A stretch of DNA of 64,000 nucleotides from Ophelia neglecta. Its lineage: Eukaryota. The DNA lies in the NCBI GenBank assembly GCA_965285935.1, contig OZ260663.1, positions 13,578,001-13,642,000 on the forward strand. The letters are read 5' to 3'. Below the pieces are notes generated by a model. It ran no database searches, was not told the DNA's origin, and saw nothing but the letters and a program-made list of their open reading frames with translations. Position numbers and translations under genes: made by a program. Below, piece after piece: positions 1 to 12,200 of the stretch (positions are counted from its first letter, which is position 1; the number at the start of each line of letters is the position of its first letter).

Positions 1-1079
1 AGCGCTGTCTAAACACCAGCTTTGCGCTTTCATCTCGCGGAATAGGGAAAAACTCAGCCATGCCCTCCGTGAATCATGCATGCTCGCTATCAGACTGTTT
101 TACAGTTATTCGAAGATTATATCTGAAAATGCCTTAAATCTCTGGTCGCCCGATTACGACCCTAGAGTGAATGCCAATGACATAATGTTACATAATGTAA
201 CTATTCCCTGAACCAGAAAACCATCGCATACGATGACATAGAGCCAATATAATATCAACAAGGTTTATTCATTATATTTTCGATTGTACTTATAGGCAAT
301 TAGTGCGTGTGAAAACGTGAATTTCGCGTCATTAAACACGACTTTGCTATAGAGCCTGAAGCCCTCTAGGCCTCGTAATGGCTATCCAGGTGCTTCTACG
401 AGCCAAACTGTGTATTACATCCCAGGCAAAACAAACAATTTACGAGCCTCTCTGACAGATACCATTTTAATGTGCTTTGACAATGTTAGATTCGTTTATG
501 AGTCATTCCCTGTCACAGTGATTGTTCGGTGAAAAGCTACAATTCAATTTTAGCCTGGAAATGCCAAGCTTCGCTGCCTAAATACTGTTGTTCGCTGAAA
601 GCAATATCCTTTGATGTTTGCCTCGAATGACGAGGAGTGCTTAAACGATCGCAGGTGTTGTAAAGATCTACAGCACATTTCTTTAGCAACTTAGTGGTTT
701 TATTTTATCAGACATTCCAGATGTATACAGCAAATATGACAGTATGCCTATACCGGGCTTGGATAAATAAACGAAAAGCACAAGATAAAACAGAAATCTT
801 AGGCAAACAAAGCCTGTCTTCTTTGCCTATAGCCAATTGCACGTAGTCCATCCTTGTGATATTTCGCACATGGACTAAAGGCGAATGGAACGAGCCAAAA
901 GCATGTCAGCTTAGTAATTGGAGAGAACACTGATTCATTTGCACCTAACAACGTACAGAGAGAATTCACGATGGAAAAATTCACTGTCACGGAAATATTT
1001 AAGTAAGGAGACATCTTCAAAGGAGGACAGCTATGTAATTCGCCGCCGGATACTAGTAGTTGTTCCTCAGACGACCTAA

Positions 1080-1172
1080 TGACTCACTACGCCGCGGGAA
1101 AAGGTCTTATCTATGGCGACTGTCAAGTCACTACAAGGTCACACAGACCAGTTTTTTGCTAAGCGAATCAGT
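1080..1172 (+). promoter_or_regulatory. Putative gene 1 proximal promoter: AP-1-type TGACTCA (1080-1086), GATA site GGTCTTATCT (1103-1112), Inr-like TCAGT (1168-1172)
   Basis: Motif matches 125-220 nt upstream of the ATG. No transcript evidence. Confidence 0.35.
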
Positions 1173-1296
1173 GTTCTGTTTCTTGACTTGAATGTACCAT
1201 TTTATGAGGAGTTGCAGCGAAGTAGAGAAGTAGTAGCAGAGAACAAATAATAATAGGAATTTCTATGACAATAAGAGGGTGGTTCGCCAAGCTGAC

Positions 1297-1399
1297 ATGT
1301 TGGTTATGGAGTTTGTGAGGTGTGCGTGTGCCCCAGTTCTGAGATGTATGCTGTACATTTTATACTTTTCGGTTACATGTTTAACAGTGGAAACTAGAG
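1297..1399 (+). CDS. Gene 1 exon 1, signal peptide MLVMEFVRCACAPVLRCMLYILYFSVTCLTVETR
   Basis: ATG at 1297, hydrophobic core, phase-1 donor G|GTAAGC at 1399/1400. The true start could be a downstream in-frame Met. Confidence 0.7.
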
Positions 1400-4300
1400 G
1401 TAAGCCTGTCCTAGGGTAGATTCAGAAATGTTCGGAACCTGGAAAGTTACTCGATATGCGCGATACTTTCGAACTTGTGGGCGAGAACCACTTTGTTGAA
1501 AATCGACGCGGACGAGGCAGCGTGGTGATGGGAATGTTGTGCGCGATTCTCGACCTAATGTATTTAGAATGTTTTAAAATCGACGTTAGCTCTTTCACAG
1601 TGTATAAACGGACATTTTGGTAAAAGGGAGTAATAATTCAGTAATAGTAACCGGGGCAATAATTCAGTTTCATTCGATGACATGCTAAAGTGGAGTGAAA
1701 CTGAATAAATGCCCGGGTAATCTCTTTTGTTGTATGTTTACACACTGAGAGCGGGGTACTTATGCCACACAAGTGAGCTCCCTACGTAGCTACGTGTATC
1801 ATATAACAAGAAGCACTATCTTTACGCAGCGAGGGAATATCATGTCGAAATATACGGTGAAATATACGCTGTGAAATATACGGTGAAATATACGCAGTGG
1901 AATATACGCAGCGAAATATACGAATATCGTTAAAATATACGGTGAAATATACAGTGATATTGTCCAAGTGGCATATTTAAAATTACTTTTTGTGTATTAA
2001 AGGGGACATTTAGTCTCCGTCTACTGCTTGTGCTTAATTTGCTGGTAAGATGAGAAATAAAAAAAATATTGTTCTTCTTTACAGTTTGTTCGAAGGATAT
2101 CGGGACCATAGACATTGCTCCTACCCATATATCTCAAACTACCGTCCATTTAATGCTAAACGCTTCATTCACGTGTCAAAGCCGTATCAATGCCTGGAGT
2201 TACATTCGAACACATACCAGAGCAAAGATATTCGCCTCGGTTTGGCGACAGGAAGAAACACCCGTTGGTTACTTCCGGTTGGTCGGACGAAATGTTCTCC
2301 CTCCAGCCGTTGTAGGGCACCATACAGTGGAAATACCAGAGAAAGATCGTATCGAAGTTGAAGCAGGAGATTTCATCGGCTTCCATTATTCCAGTGAGGT
2401 ATACCAAAACAGTGAGCCGGGGGCAATAGCAGTGGCATATGGTAATAACACTGCCTCATTGAAGTACTTTCACACACTAACCGTTGGATATTACGATGAG
2501 AACTTCAATGTGGATATGCCACATACCTTTATTACCAATGACAGAAGACTTGTATTGATGAAACCTGCTTTGCAAGCGCACACCCAAGTGGACATGAGCG
2601 CCGGTGAGACGTAGTCCAATTTTTCCAACTTCACACGATATAATTACTAGCGACCCGGGGTATTCGCTTAAGACCACTCTTTTCCTATGCACGGCGAGGT
2701 GCGGGCAAACCACCCCATCCACCCCCCCCCCCCTCCCCACACACACACATACAAAATGGGAAATTAAAAATTGTATATGAAAAAATGATTGACTTCGGCT
2801 AAATTTTTCTATCACATATCTAGTAAAGTGAAACTAAACCATTATATTGATGCGGAGACCCTTCAGATGCGACGCCAGCTTTTTTAAATCAGAGATTGCA
2901 GTTGCAATCTACAGCATTTAACCTGTTTCAGCGAGCCACATGCATTTTTCAAGGTCGATGACTTTGTTGACATTGTACCATCGTCGAGATTTCTTAAACA
3001 TTAAAGCAATGATACAAAAGCGTTGAAACTAAAAGTCTTATTCGTCAGAGTAGCAGAATAATACCACTTCATCTTTTTTTTCCTATTATGGGTTGATAAA
3101 AACCCGCCAGGTAACATATTTACCTAAGTTTCGGAAAGGCTTATTACGAGCACTCCTGTGCCCTAATCTGAAATACAGTGGTCATAAGTGTATAACGCCG
3201 TATTAGTAGCTTGATACAATTTGCCTGCAAAAAAAACCGTCGTTCATTCATCTGGGCTGGGGGATAGGGATTTGAAATATGGAATAATGGTGAACCAGGA
3301 CATGTACGCGAACATTTCCAGTTCGAATAAATCCTGAATGGGTTCTTGAAATATCCCTGCTCTCGAAAACGCATATAAATAACGGACGTGGATACTAACT
3401 CATTTACCTGGAATAGTTTATTTAAAAGGTCCACGAGTAACCAGCAGCCACAGCCCCGCACACAGCTATAATTCAATATCCAGCTTCCAAGTAGTAATTT
3501 ACCTTGTAATTCAAATAATAAATGAAAGCATAATGTTTTAGATATATACTAAATATATACTAGATATGAACTAGCTAGTTATCACACAGAATAGGATAAT
3601 ACCAATTTGGTATTGATTTGCCACATTAAACTAATGTGTTTGCTCTTTGAAATATATCCATAAGAGGCAAGTCAAATGTGTAGACACGGAAATTTAAAAT
3701 ACTTTATTGGAAGCGTTCTTTAGAACGGATCCCCTATTATTGTCTAAAGCTCGAATAAATGAAATTTTGATAAAAAAAAATTCTGTTCATCTGCACCCAT
3801 GAACTTTTATCATGTGTATTAACAAATAAACAATTTGATGCCGATATGATAACTCCGTTGGGTTTTATGACTTTAGAACAGAACGGAATAATTCATGCTT
3901 CCCGCATTGATAAGAAACCAGAGTTGACGCTTTCCAACTGGAAAGAATCAAATCAAGAAGCGGGTTCAGTGTCAATGTCATTTCTTTCACAGCATAAAAC
4001 TGACACATCTTGAAAACAAGTTTAACGAACTGTTGGAGGTACAAATCATTAATCAAAATGCAGATCATGTGGTGAGGTCCTTCGGACATCCCCGGTCACA
4101 TTTGTATATCGCCGTGTTTTATCAACAACACGCTTGTGTGACGTCAATTTACGGGCAACTTGATTTCTGATGTCTGCAATCGAGACTTTTAGTTTATAAA
4201 TCACTCCCGTTGTGACGGATTCTTGGTATAATGGAAATAAATGATCAACATGCCCTGTGTTGCAAACCCCTTAGGGTACTTATGAGTTCGGTCACGAATC

Positions 4301-6910
4301 TGCAGTTACTGTTTGGTGAAAGGTTCCTACTCGAGAAAATGCAACATATTTACCTAGGTAACCCTACCTACTAGGAAATCGCTCTCTACCCTTAAACAGG
4401 GACGGAATGTTTATCTTAAAAAATATATGGTATAATATAATTGGCGAAATTATCTTGCTCGCAAAAATGTATAGGATCTTTATTGCAGGGGAAGACATCA
4501 CGATACACCAATATGCCTGTAAGGATCGACCGATGGTGCTCGACTGCACTTACCTCAATCGAACCGTGCGTGTGCAACAGGCACTCTACGGACGACGAGA
4601 TGCTCCATACGGTGTCTGCGGTCTTGACAACACGGGGGCGGAGGGTTGCGATTCAGACGTTACACTTATCCTCCAAGGGGCATGCGATGGCCTCCGGAAG
4701 TGTATTTTCAATATATCTGAAAATTTCCTAGGAGACCCTTGCATCAAATCCGAGGAATTTCTGGAACTACAATATCAATGTTCGGACAAGGGGGAGGTAC
4801 TCATCCCATTTAAGTTTGACCCCGTACCAGAGGACAATACTCGAGGTAAAAACTTTTTCCCCTACGAATAAATGATTCTTACTGTACAATTTTGCGAAAC
4901 AATATTCATTCCAAATAAGTCAAAGCCATTGGCAGTAACATAAAACAAATATCGACTAAATTTTTAATATAATGATCGGTGTTGAACCCGTTCCCCTTTT
5001 CAGAGGTTGTATCATGAACCGACAGGACAATTATTTAATTTGGTATATCCATGGATATAATTGTCATCTTCTTCAAACAATGTATACATTAAATATACTA
5101 CTTGTATTATTATTTTTTCATTCTTTCATAGTAGAGGTAGAGGTAGAGCATTGATAAAACGCTACTTGATGGGTTATATTTACAAATTCGTCCAAATATT
5201 TCGAGGCGAAAATGGATTAACAATGTAAATTTCCCACTTCAGAAAGGACTGACAGAGAAAAACTAAACCAACGAAGTTTTGATCAAAGTTTTTCTCCGAC
5301 CCAGACGTTTACCCACAGCCAGAGGCTCACAACAGTGCAAATCAAACGTCTCACAGTTCTGCGATCGACAACTGCTGTCTATTTTAAACCCAAAGTCAAA
5401 GATGGAACCCGAAACATAGGCCAAAAGGATGTTAATAGCACGACTCCCACACCTAGCTTCTCAGTCCAGATGCTATCGACTTCCACACAGGGCAACAAGT
5501 TTGTATTTCCTGTCAGGCTGGTTAGGAAAACAACGACTAGTACTACAGCAGCGATGACTACTGTTCAACGTAGCCGTGTAAATACGCATATAAGACGACA
5601 CTCAGCTAAGCCAAAGACAACGATGGCGAAACGTACGTGAATTCATTGCTAGAATAAGTTATTCGACTATTTTTATATCCAATTGCATTAAATTTGACAA
5701 TTTCTAGTGTAAATAGTATTAAGTGTGACCTAAAAACAATTATACAAATAATGACGGTAGCCTTGCTGGGAATATGGTTGCTCACATTTTCGCAGCATGT
5801 TCTATGTCAATGGCATTTCACATTTTAGTGATGTAAATGAACACTCCTCATTCAGCCTCAAGACCTTCGCCCAGTGGTTTTTTGAAAGACGAACGACACA
5901 GAACCAAACTGGCCCAAAATGGTATTTAAGCATCATCATCCTGTGTGTTTTTTGTATATAAGTACAATGTGTTATAGTCTAGACAGTTATATATAACCAT
6001 TGGTCTGAATCATTACAGCTGCCATCGCCGGGTGTGTAATCGGCACTGTTGTATGCCTGCTAATAATAGTGCTTGCTGTTCTCTACATTAAGCGGTATGT
6101 GAAGCATGTTTTGTTTTGTTTTGTTTTGGCAAGACAGATACTATGCATCCTATAAGTATTATCAAAAATAAATAAATACATAAATAAATATGTAATATAT
6201 ATTTTATGGACAGCCAATTTCCATCTTCTGGGTGTATATATCATTACAGATGGCGCCACCGTCGGGGTTCGAAGGACGTATCACATCTTGTCCAGTGTCA
6301 CCTGGTGGAGAATCATTTGCAACAAAACCCGTTGTACTCCAGTAGGCCACCTAGCGGCTGTTCAGGGACGCCACTGAAGTCGCCACGACATGGTAGTCAA
6401 AGCAGCACTAACAGTAGTTCACCGTACCAAGTCACTGATTTGGACAAACAATTTACCTATGATTGTATAGGCGACATAAATAGTAGTACGCCTGCCAAAC
6501 TGCAGAACCAGTGCAAATCATCAAGTAGTACACCGGTAAAACAATCCAGTAGAACTGTCAAGGTAAAACTTAATACGCCGGGACTATTTCCACACAACTT
6601 CCCACGAGACCTGGATTTGAACAACATTGTTGAAAACCAACATAGAACAAATACCTTAAAAGAGAATACAGATATTCCCGAAACATATGTCAATGAGAAC
6701 CCGACAAAACAGAATTACTACAACGTGAGACCAGTAAAACCCGTGGACAAGGGGGCGAGTTCCACACAAGCAATGACAGTAGGTAGACAACCACCCAACT
6801 CGGAAGGTGCTCAAATATACGAAGAAATATCTGCTAGTGAAGGTGAAAATAGTTCCCAAGAGGAAATGGCATTAATACACGGTGAATTAAAAACGGTGAA
6901 TAAGTTCTAG
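1297..6910 (+). CDS. Gene 1: single-pass type I membrane protein (signal peptide, unassigned domain, SUEL/Gal_lectin domain, S/T-rich stalk, TM, Tyr-motif tail), 723 aa; join(1297-1399,2085-2603,4489-4845,5243-5632,5856-5921,6019-6094,6250-6910)
   Basis: All six introns are GT..AG with compatible phases (1,1,1,1,1,2). Summed CDS is 2172 nt = 724 codons including the stop. The model joins ORF-track pieces 2069-2614, 4407-4871, 5335-5640 and 6206-6910. AATAAA follows at 7065-7070. Confidence 0.85.
1651..1717. mobile_element. Small palindromic MITE-like element with TAA flanks (PIF/Harbinger-Tourist-like) in gene 1 intron 1
   Basis: ccggggcaataattcagtttcattc ... gagtgaaactgaataaatgcccggg form imperfect inverted arms, with TAA directly on both sides. 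Confidence 0.5.
1847..1958 (+). repeat. Minisatellite, ~8 units of GAAATATACG(GT/CTGT/CAGT), 12-14 bp
   Basis: Directly visible tandem array. Confidence 0.9.
2085..2603 (+). CDS. Gene 1 exon 2, ~173-aa extracellular domain of unassigned family (FTC..RINAW..ASVWR..FRLVGRN..RIEVEAGDFIGFHY)
   Basis: Acceptor ttctttacag|2085, open frame, donor G|GTGAGA at 2603/2604. Confidence 0.85.
4489..4845 (+). CDS. Gene 1 exon 3, SUEL-type (rhamnose/galactose-binding, Gal_Lectin) domain
   Basis: AC..LDC..ALYGRR..C..C..CDGLRKC..FLGDPC..FLELQYQC matches the 8-Cys SUEL pattern with YGR and DPC. Acceptor ttattgcag, donor G|GTAAAA. Confidence 0.92.
5243..5632 (+). CDS. Gene 1 exon 4, Thr/Ser-rich mucin-like stalk
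   Basis: Acceptor ttcccacttcag|5243, in frame with ORF 5335-5640, donor C|GTACGT. Confidence 0.8.
5856..5921 (+). CDS. Gene 1 exon 5, short juxtamembrane exon (PSRPSPSGFLKDERHRTKLAQN)
   Basis: Acceptor ctcattcag, 66 nt symmetric phase 1-1, donor G|GTATTT. It could be skipped without a frameshift. Confidence 0.6.
6019..6094 (+). CDS. Gene 1 exon 6, transmembrane helix AAIAGCVIGTVVCLLIIVLAVLYIKR
   Basis: Acceptor cattacag, ~23-aa hydrophobic run followed by basic residues, phase-2 donor CG|GTATGT. Confidence 0.9.
6250..6910 (+). CDS. Gene 1 exon 7, ~220-aa cytoplasmic tail with NPLY, YDCI, YVNE, YYNV, YEEI motifs
   Basis: Acceptor tcattacag|A completes Arg and continues RWRHRRG in ORF 6206-6910 to TAG. 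Confidence 0.88.
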
Positions 6911-7064
6911 TATGCAACTTTGCGTAAGCATGGTGCAGGAATTTTTGTGCTTTGTTGTTACGCATTAACAAGTGGTATAAGTATAGGATACAAACTTTGG
7001 TATGAGTCAATGGGTGCTATTCGACTGCTGAAGTTGAATTACCGATGTGTGCGTATGTTAGTAA

Positions 7065-7070
7065 AATAAA
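7065..7070 (+). terminator. Candidate polyadenylation signal of gene 1
   Basis: AATAAA 155 nt after the stop, followed by T/GT-rich sequence. Confidence 0.55.
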
Positions 7071-10000
7071 AACAAGATTGGTCTTCATGGCCTTTGTTTA
7101 TCATTTACTTTGGCATCTAGTCATATAACAAGCCGTGTGAGGCGGTTAGTGTGTGTGGCCGCCAATGCCTATTCGTAAAGCTACATTCCTTTTGTATGCA
7201 TTTAATCTGGTGCACGTGTTCATTCTATTTTCTCGGCATTCAATCATAAAATATATGCACGGGCAAAAGAAAAATTGGGATTAACAAGGATTGGACCCCA
7301 GTTTGGGTATGGCTCTCATTACCCATTAACTAATAGCTTTTAATTAAGAAACTGTGCATCTTGTCAGCATATATTGCAGTAAGGCCATTATTTTATGTTT
7401 GTAATTTACATTTACATAATGCAATTTAGCAAATGACATGTCGAAAGTGTATAATAATCTTTCCAAACGATATTTTAATGTGACAAATCAAAGAACCTAA
7501 AATAAAACTCCATACTCCCACTCCCACCCCCTCCGCCCATGTGAATCTTATACTTTTAGCAATACATAATGTCCAACAAATAAGATCAAACAACATATTT
7601 AGGCCCCTGTCACTACTTACCGGATGGTGGGGCACTTTTAGGTCTGGGTGGTCGGAATCGTCCATTATTCCAGGGCTGAAAAAGAGTCACTGCAGCAATG
7701 GAAAATGTAAAAATCTGTTACAAATATTTGATCATCTTGCAAAACGGGTTTGACCTCAATCAATCAAGTTGCCAGACGCGTATATGTTTTTCCGCCTATA
7801 AGTGATTCATTGGACTATTTCCAAAAGTACAGCTTATCTTAAAACGTGTACCTATACACGAAACTGTATTATTCATTTTCTTCTCTCAAACGGGGGATCG
7901 TCGGAAAATGTTTTATTTAAAATATTCCAGCTTGTATAATCCCTTTTTGATGAATGGGAGGAGGTTAACATTCGTTTTCAAAGTTTAGAGTAAATCTGCT
8001 ATGCCCCCTGGTGCCTTAATGGTGAATGGAGCAGGATATGCAGATGAAATGTATTGAAAACTGCAAAGAATCATACACAATATAATTCAAATCTAAAATT
8101 CAAATGTGTCACAAGTTACCCGAGGCGCGGCAAATATACGTATGTCCTTTAATAGGATGCACCCGATTCAGTGGCCTATATTAGTTAAATATCGCCCATC
8201 AGTTGAAACTCGTGTACGTAACATCCACATATTGGGACAAGCGTATGACTGTATTCTTTGCACTCTCACTTCTATGGATTTCTCGATATTCAATGGATTT
8301 GTGACAACTAACGTTTTAAAGTCCCCGGTTCAGCCCAGTCAGGGTAGTGCATTCGATAGAAACGCAGCAGATCGAAGTTTAAGTGAATCGCTCTACTCAA
8401 GGCATAGACCAGTAGGACTCTCCTAGTAGTGCCTTATAGTCTGACTTGAAGATTGATCGATGCCACATCAATATTATAGCCGTGGTGACATTTTATGTGT
8501 GCGGGACAGTACACCTACCCTAGATTCGTGTTTCAATGTGATCTTAATGGCCCTATTACTAAAAACGTCACATAATATAACCGCCTCCAGCCTGCGTGGG
8601 ACGCTGAGGAGAAGCAACATATAATGCCATTCCGTTAACTTTCGGACAGTGCTATAAAGTCAAACTGTTAAATTATAAATGGCGTAGTTTGAACCTAAGG
8701 TCAAATAAGTAAATACAATCAATCGGTGTAAGCTCACTTCACGTGTGACAGCGACTTAAAAGAAACGTGTGAATACATTACATATAATTACCTATAATTG
8801 TGTCAATAAGTGACATGTTATGATGTTCATTAATCTCGTATTTAATTTCAATTGCCAGTCTTCATCAGAAAAGAAAAGATTCAATACCGCTAGGCAGCAG
8901 CCGTACTTACGAATGTACATATGTTTCACATTTAGTTCCGCTGAGGTCTTGTCTTGCATTCAGTTTGCCAAATAAATGGACTAAGATCTAGGCACCAAAT
9001 CCCGCCTCCAATCACTTGTATGATTTCAATATACAACTGGTTTCTTATAAACCACAAGCAAAAAGGTCTTCATGCATTTCACCAGCTTCGCTGCATACTA
9101 TAAGTTGACTTGACTGCTGGTGACAGGCGACTAGTCCATGGCAGACGACAATTTATCAACAACACCTAGATAGTAAGGAAGTGCCCTAGCAGCAGCCAGA
9201 GCCAGAAATGCTTGGCAAGTAGTTTGGACCAGCGAATAACAAGAAATAGCCCTACATAAAGGTTCAGCTTTGAAAAAAACCCTGAAAATCCACCACTCTA
9301 AAAGGAATTTAATATTTAGCATCGAGTTTGTGAATTTAAAATACACAATGTCGTCTCAATGACATTTGTCCTTGTGCAAACTTGCACAATGTAAATTTCC
9401 GCTCCGAGATGAGCTCTCCACAGATTTCCACCAGGACAATCAGTGGACAGCCGGCAGAAAAAAAAAGAATCACGAATACATTGAATAGTGATCAAATCGG
9501 CACGAAATTAGCAGGGACCAACAACCGCAGGTCCATAAACAGGACCTCAACAATAAATCATATCTTCATAAAATTAAGTATAACACATTAGAATTAATAT
9601 TCAATCCGAGTCGTATAAGGTGTCATCTATTATTACTAAACAAATATTTTGTAACCGTTGGATGGATATAAAGATAGCTATTTGTTAGTGACACTTAAAT
9701 GAAGTGTGAATTTCCTTGACGCCCTTTATTCCCCTGTGGGGAGATGTTTGGACATGTCTTGAGTAATCGCCAAGCACATAGGTGCACTCCACATCAAAAC
9801 ATGTGCTCAAGCTACAAACATATAGAGCCGCATAACGAAAATTATGTATTCAGAACTCCCGAAAGTGGTGCACGTCAATAGTATTTTTGCTTTCGTTTGC
9901 TCGGTAAATCGAGCTATGGTAGAATGGTGTAGTAATAGAAAATGAGTGACCCGTTAAATCCACACGTGTCATATATCTGTGAGGGAACAATGAGTTAGAA

Positions 10001-10589
10001 GCGCCTGGTCATGCAGGCTTGTGCTATAGTCGATCGGAAAATTACCAAAAAAGAACAAATTCAATAATCAATCATTAATAAAGCCAAAACCAGAGCTCCC
10101 AACATAAGATGTTTTCGCTAAGAAACGAAGAAAAATGTTCGATACAGACAATCACGATGCTTTTTTTACATTAAACTGAATTCAGAACCAGCACTGTCGG
10201 AAAATGTTACTATCCATTCGGCAAATGACTCATTATTATAATTTTTTTCAAGCTTTAAATTTCTGCGTGTTTGAATGTGTAGTGAGCGTTATTTCACGCA
10301 TCAACACAATACATTTCGGCAATGATGTCATCTATTCAGATAACACTAACAAATCGGAAATGAGAGCCGCAAGCAATGCTAGTATGAAGGAGAAATGCCC
10401 ACGGCATTGTTCTCCATATAATGGTACTCATGCTCTTGTACAGCTGCTGTGATCCCACTCAGAGTGACATTACATTGCACCGTGACACAAATGGATGGAA
10501 ACAAGGTCAGAAATTGCGACTCGGACGCCATTAGTGGCCGTAGGGTTCGCGTGTTCGGCTTTTAACCACTATTCGTTAGGCGCTTCGGG

Positions 10590-10645
10590 CCGGAAATGAG
10601 CTCGTCGAACAAATCACAAATGTCAGGATGCATGTAAATAGAGAT
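10590..10645 (+). repeat. Dispersed repeat fragment, second copy at ~51284-51340
   Basis: ccggaaatgagctcgtcgaacaaatc..atgtcagga vs ccggaaaccagctcgtctaacaaatc..atgtcggaa. Confidence 0.55.
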
Positions 10646-11949
10646 GGTACTCGGTGACCTAACCAACCCCGTTAGGACGCTGATTGCCATTAACAATGGT
10701 TAAAAAATGACACGAGGGGATGTAGCATGTTGGTTTCTCATGTGAGAAATGCTGTTTAAATGATGATTTTAAAGACACTGTTAAATAGACAATATTTAGA
10801 ATCTTTGGCTTTTGCGGTACAAAAGAATGTGCACAAGTGTCAAGCATTTGTAACAGAACATGTTTACGTTGGAATGTGTATTGATATATTTGTCTACTTT
10901 GTCCGTTACCAATATTTGAATTCTAGTCTGTTTGCAATATCTTGTAAACACTCTTTTATTGCTGAAAATCTTTCATGTATTCTGCTGCAGTTAAGCATTT
11001 TCGCATTAAGATAGAACGTCGAAAAAGATTCCACTTGCTGTTTTGATCGCTTGATCAACACGATGGATTGAAATGGAATGCAATATAATAGTTTTGATCT
11101 CGAAGGCGAATTCATATTGTCACACCTTCTATAAATGGTTTAAAGTAAATATGCGCCAATGTTTTGTGACTATTGAATCAAATATTAGGTTACACTACCG
11201 TTTGTCACTTTGTTGCTCACATCCTGTGATTGACACCGATAATAAACGTGTTTAAATCAAACGACTGAAAGAAAAAGATGCGCGTGTTTCCGATTAAACT
11301 CAACCAAAAAATATGTTTAGTACAGTTGTCTGATTGTATTACTGCGAAGTACGTTTCTAAAGCTTTGATGTGGCAACTTGCCTTTGAAATCAAATGCCAA
11401 CGAGAATCCCTTCAATTGTACGTCTTTTTTACCCAAGAACATGTGAAATTCGAGTGCGCCTTTTTAGTCGGCACTCTTTCCTTTTCCCGAGTACTCGACA
11501 CACGAATGAAAAGACGCTTTATTGCGTTCTAGTGAGATAAGATTTTATTCTGGTAAACAGAAAGCCAATAAACACGCGAGTGAACATTGTTTATGGACAA
11601 TGTGCAAACAGATGTCAGTGCCTTTGTTTCTTTATTGAGTCATTCAATGAGACGCTATGCTAACTGAAACGCACATCGGTGTGTTGGGAAGCTATTTGGT
11701 TATACACGGCAAGATCGTATTTTTAGATGGACGCCTGTGGATTGGAGGGAATCCGACATTATATGTGATGTTGCTATAGCAGAAATTACTTACTATTTTT
11801 GGATTTAATGTGTTGGAATACCGGTGCAGTTTCATCACTGGTTTCAACAACACGCCGAGTGTTTGAACATAGATATATGTTAAATCATGTGTTATCAAGA
11901 GCAATGCATTGACACTGAAATCAGCGAACATCATATGATACCAAATAAT

Positions 11950-12200
11950 GCAAAGAAATGCACTTGGTTTGCTCTTCCTCCTGAGATGTAATTCTCTCTG
12001 TTAATGGATGGGCCAGGGACGCCTTATAAAAGCTTAATATATTCAAAACCCCACCTAGGAGCATTTTGTTTGCATTTCCCAGTAATAATCCAGCAATAAT
12101 CTCATGCCGATGTATTAGAGTATAGAAAAAATGTCTTATCTTGTTTAATCCATCAAAAGTATAGTTTATATCGCTGGGCTTGGTGATGGTACCGCAAGGG
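11950..12200 (-). mobile_element. Possible highly decayed CR1-like LINE ORF2 fragment
   Basis: HEIIAGLLLGNANKMLLG..FYKASLAHPLTE resembles the CR1 post-RT motif H-I...KANxMLG..LYKxLVRPxLEY. Weak, judged by eye. Confidence 0.3.

Noticed and set aside
10534-10567. tRNA-Asn-like 5' half (gtggccgtagggttcgcgtgttcggcttttaacc)
   Set aside because: No T-arm/B-box or acceptor stem, and it lies in a dispersed repeat also seen near 51240-51340. Not a tRNA gene.
12000-12085. GPGTPY..F.LHFP resembling a ubiquitin-conjugating E2 motif
   Set aside because: Flanked by stops, with wrong spacing and no HPN/catalytic Cys region.
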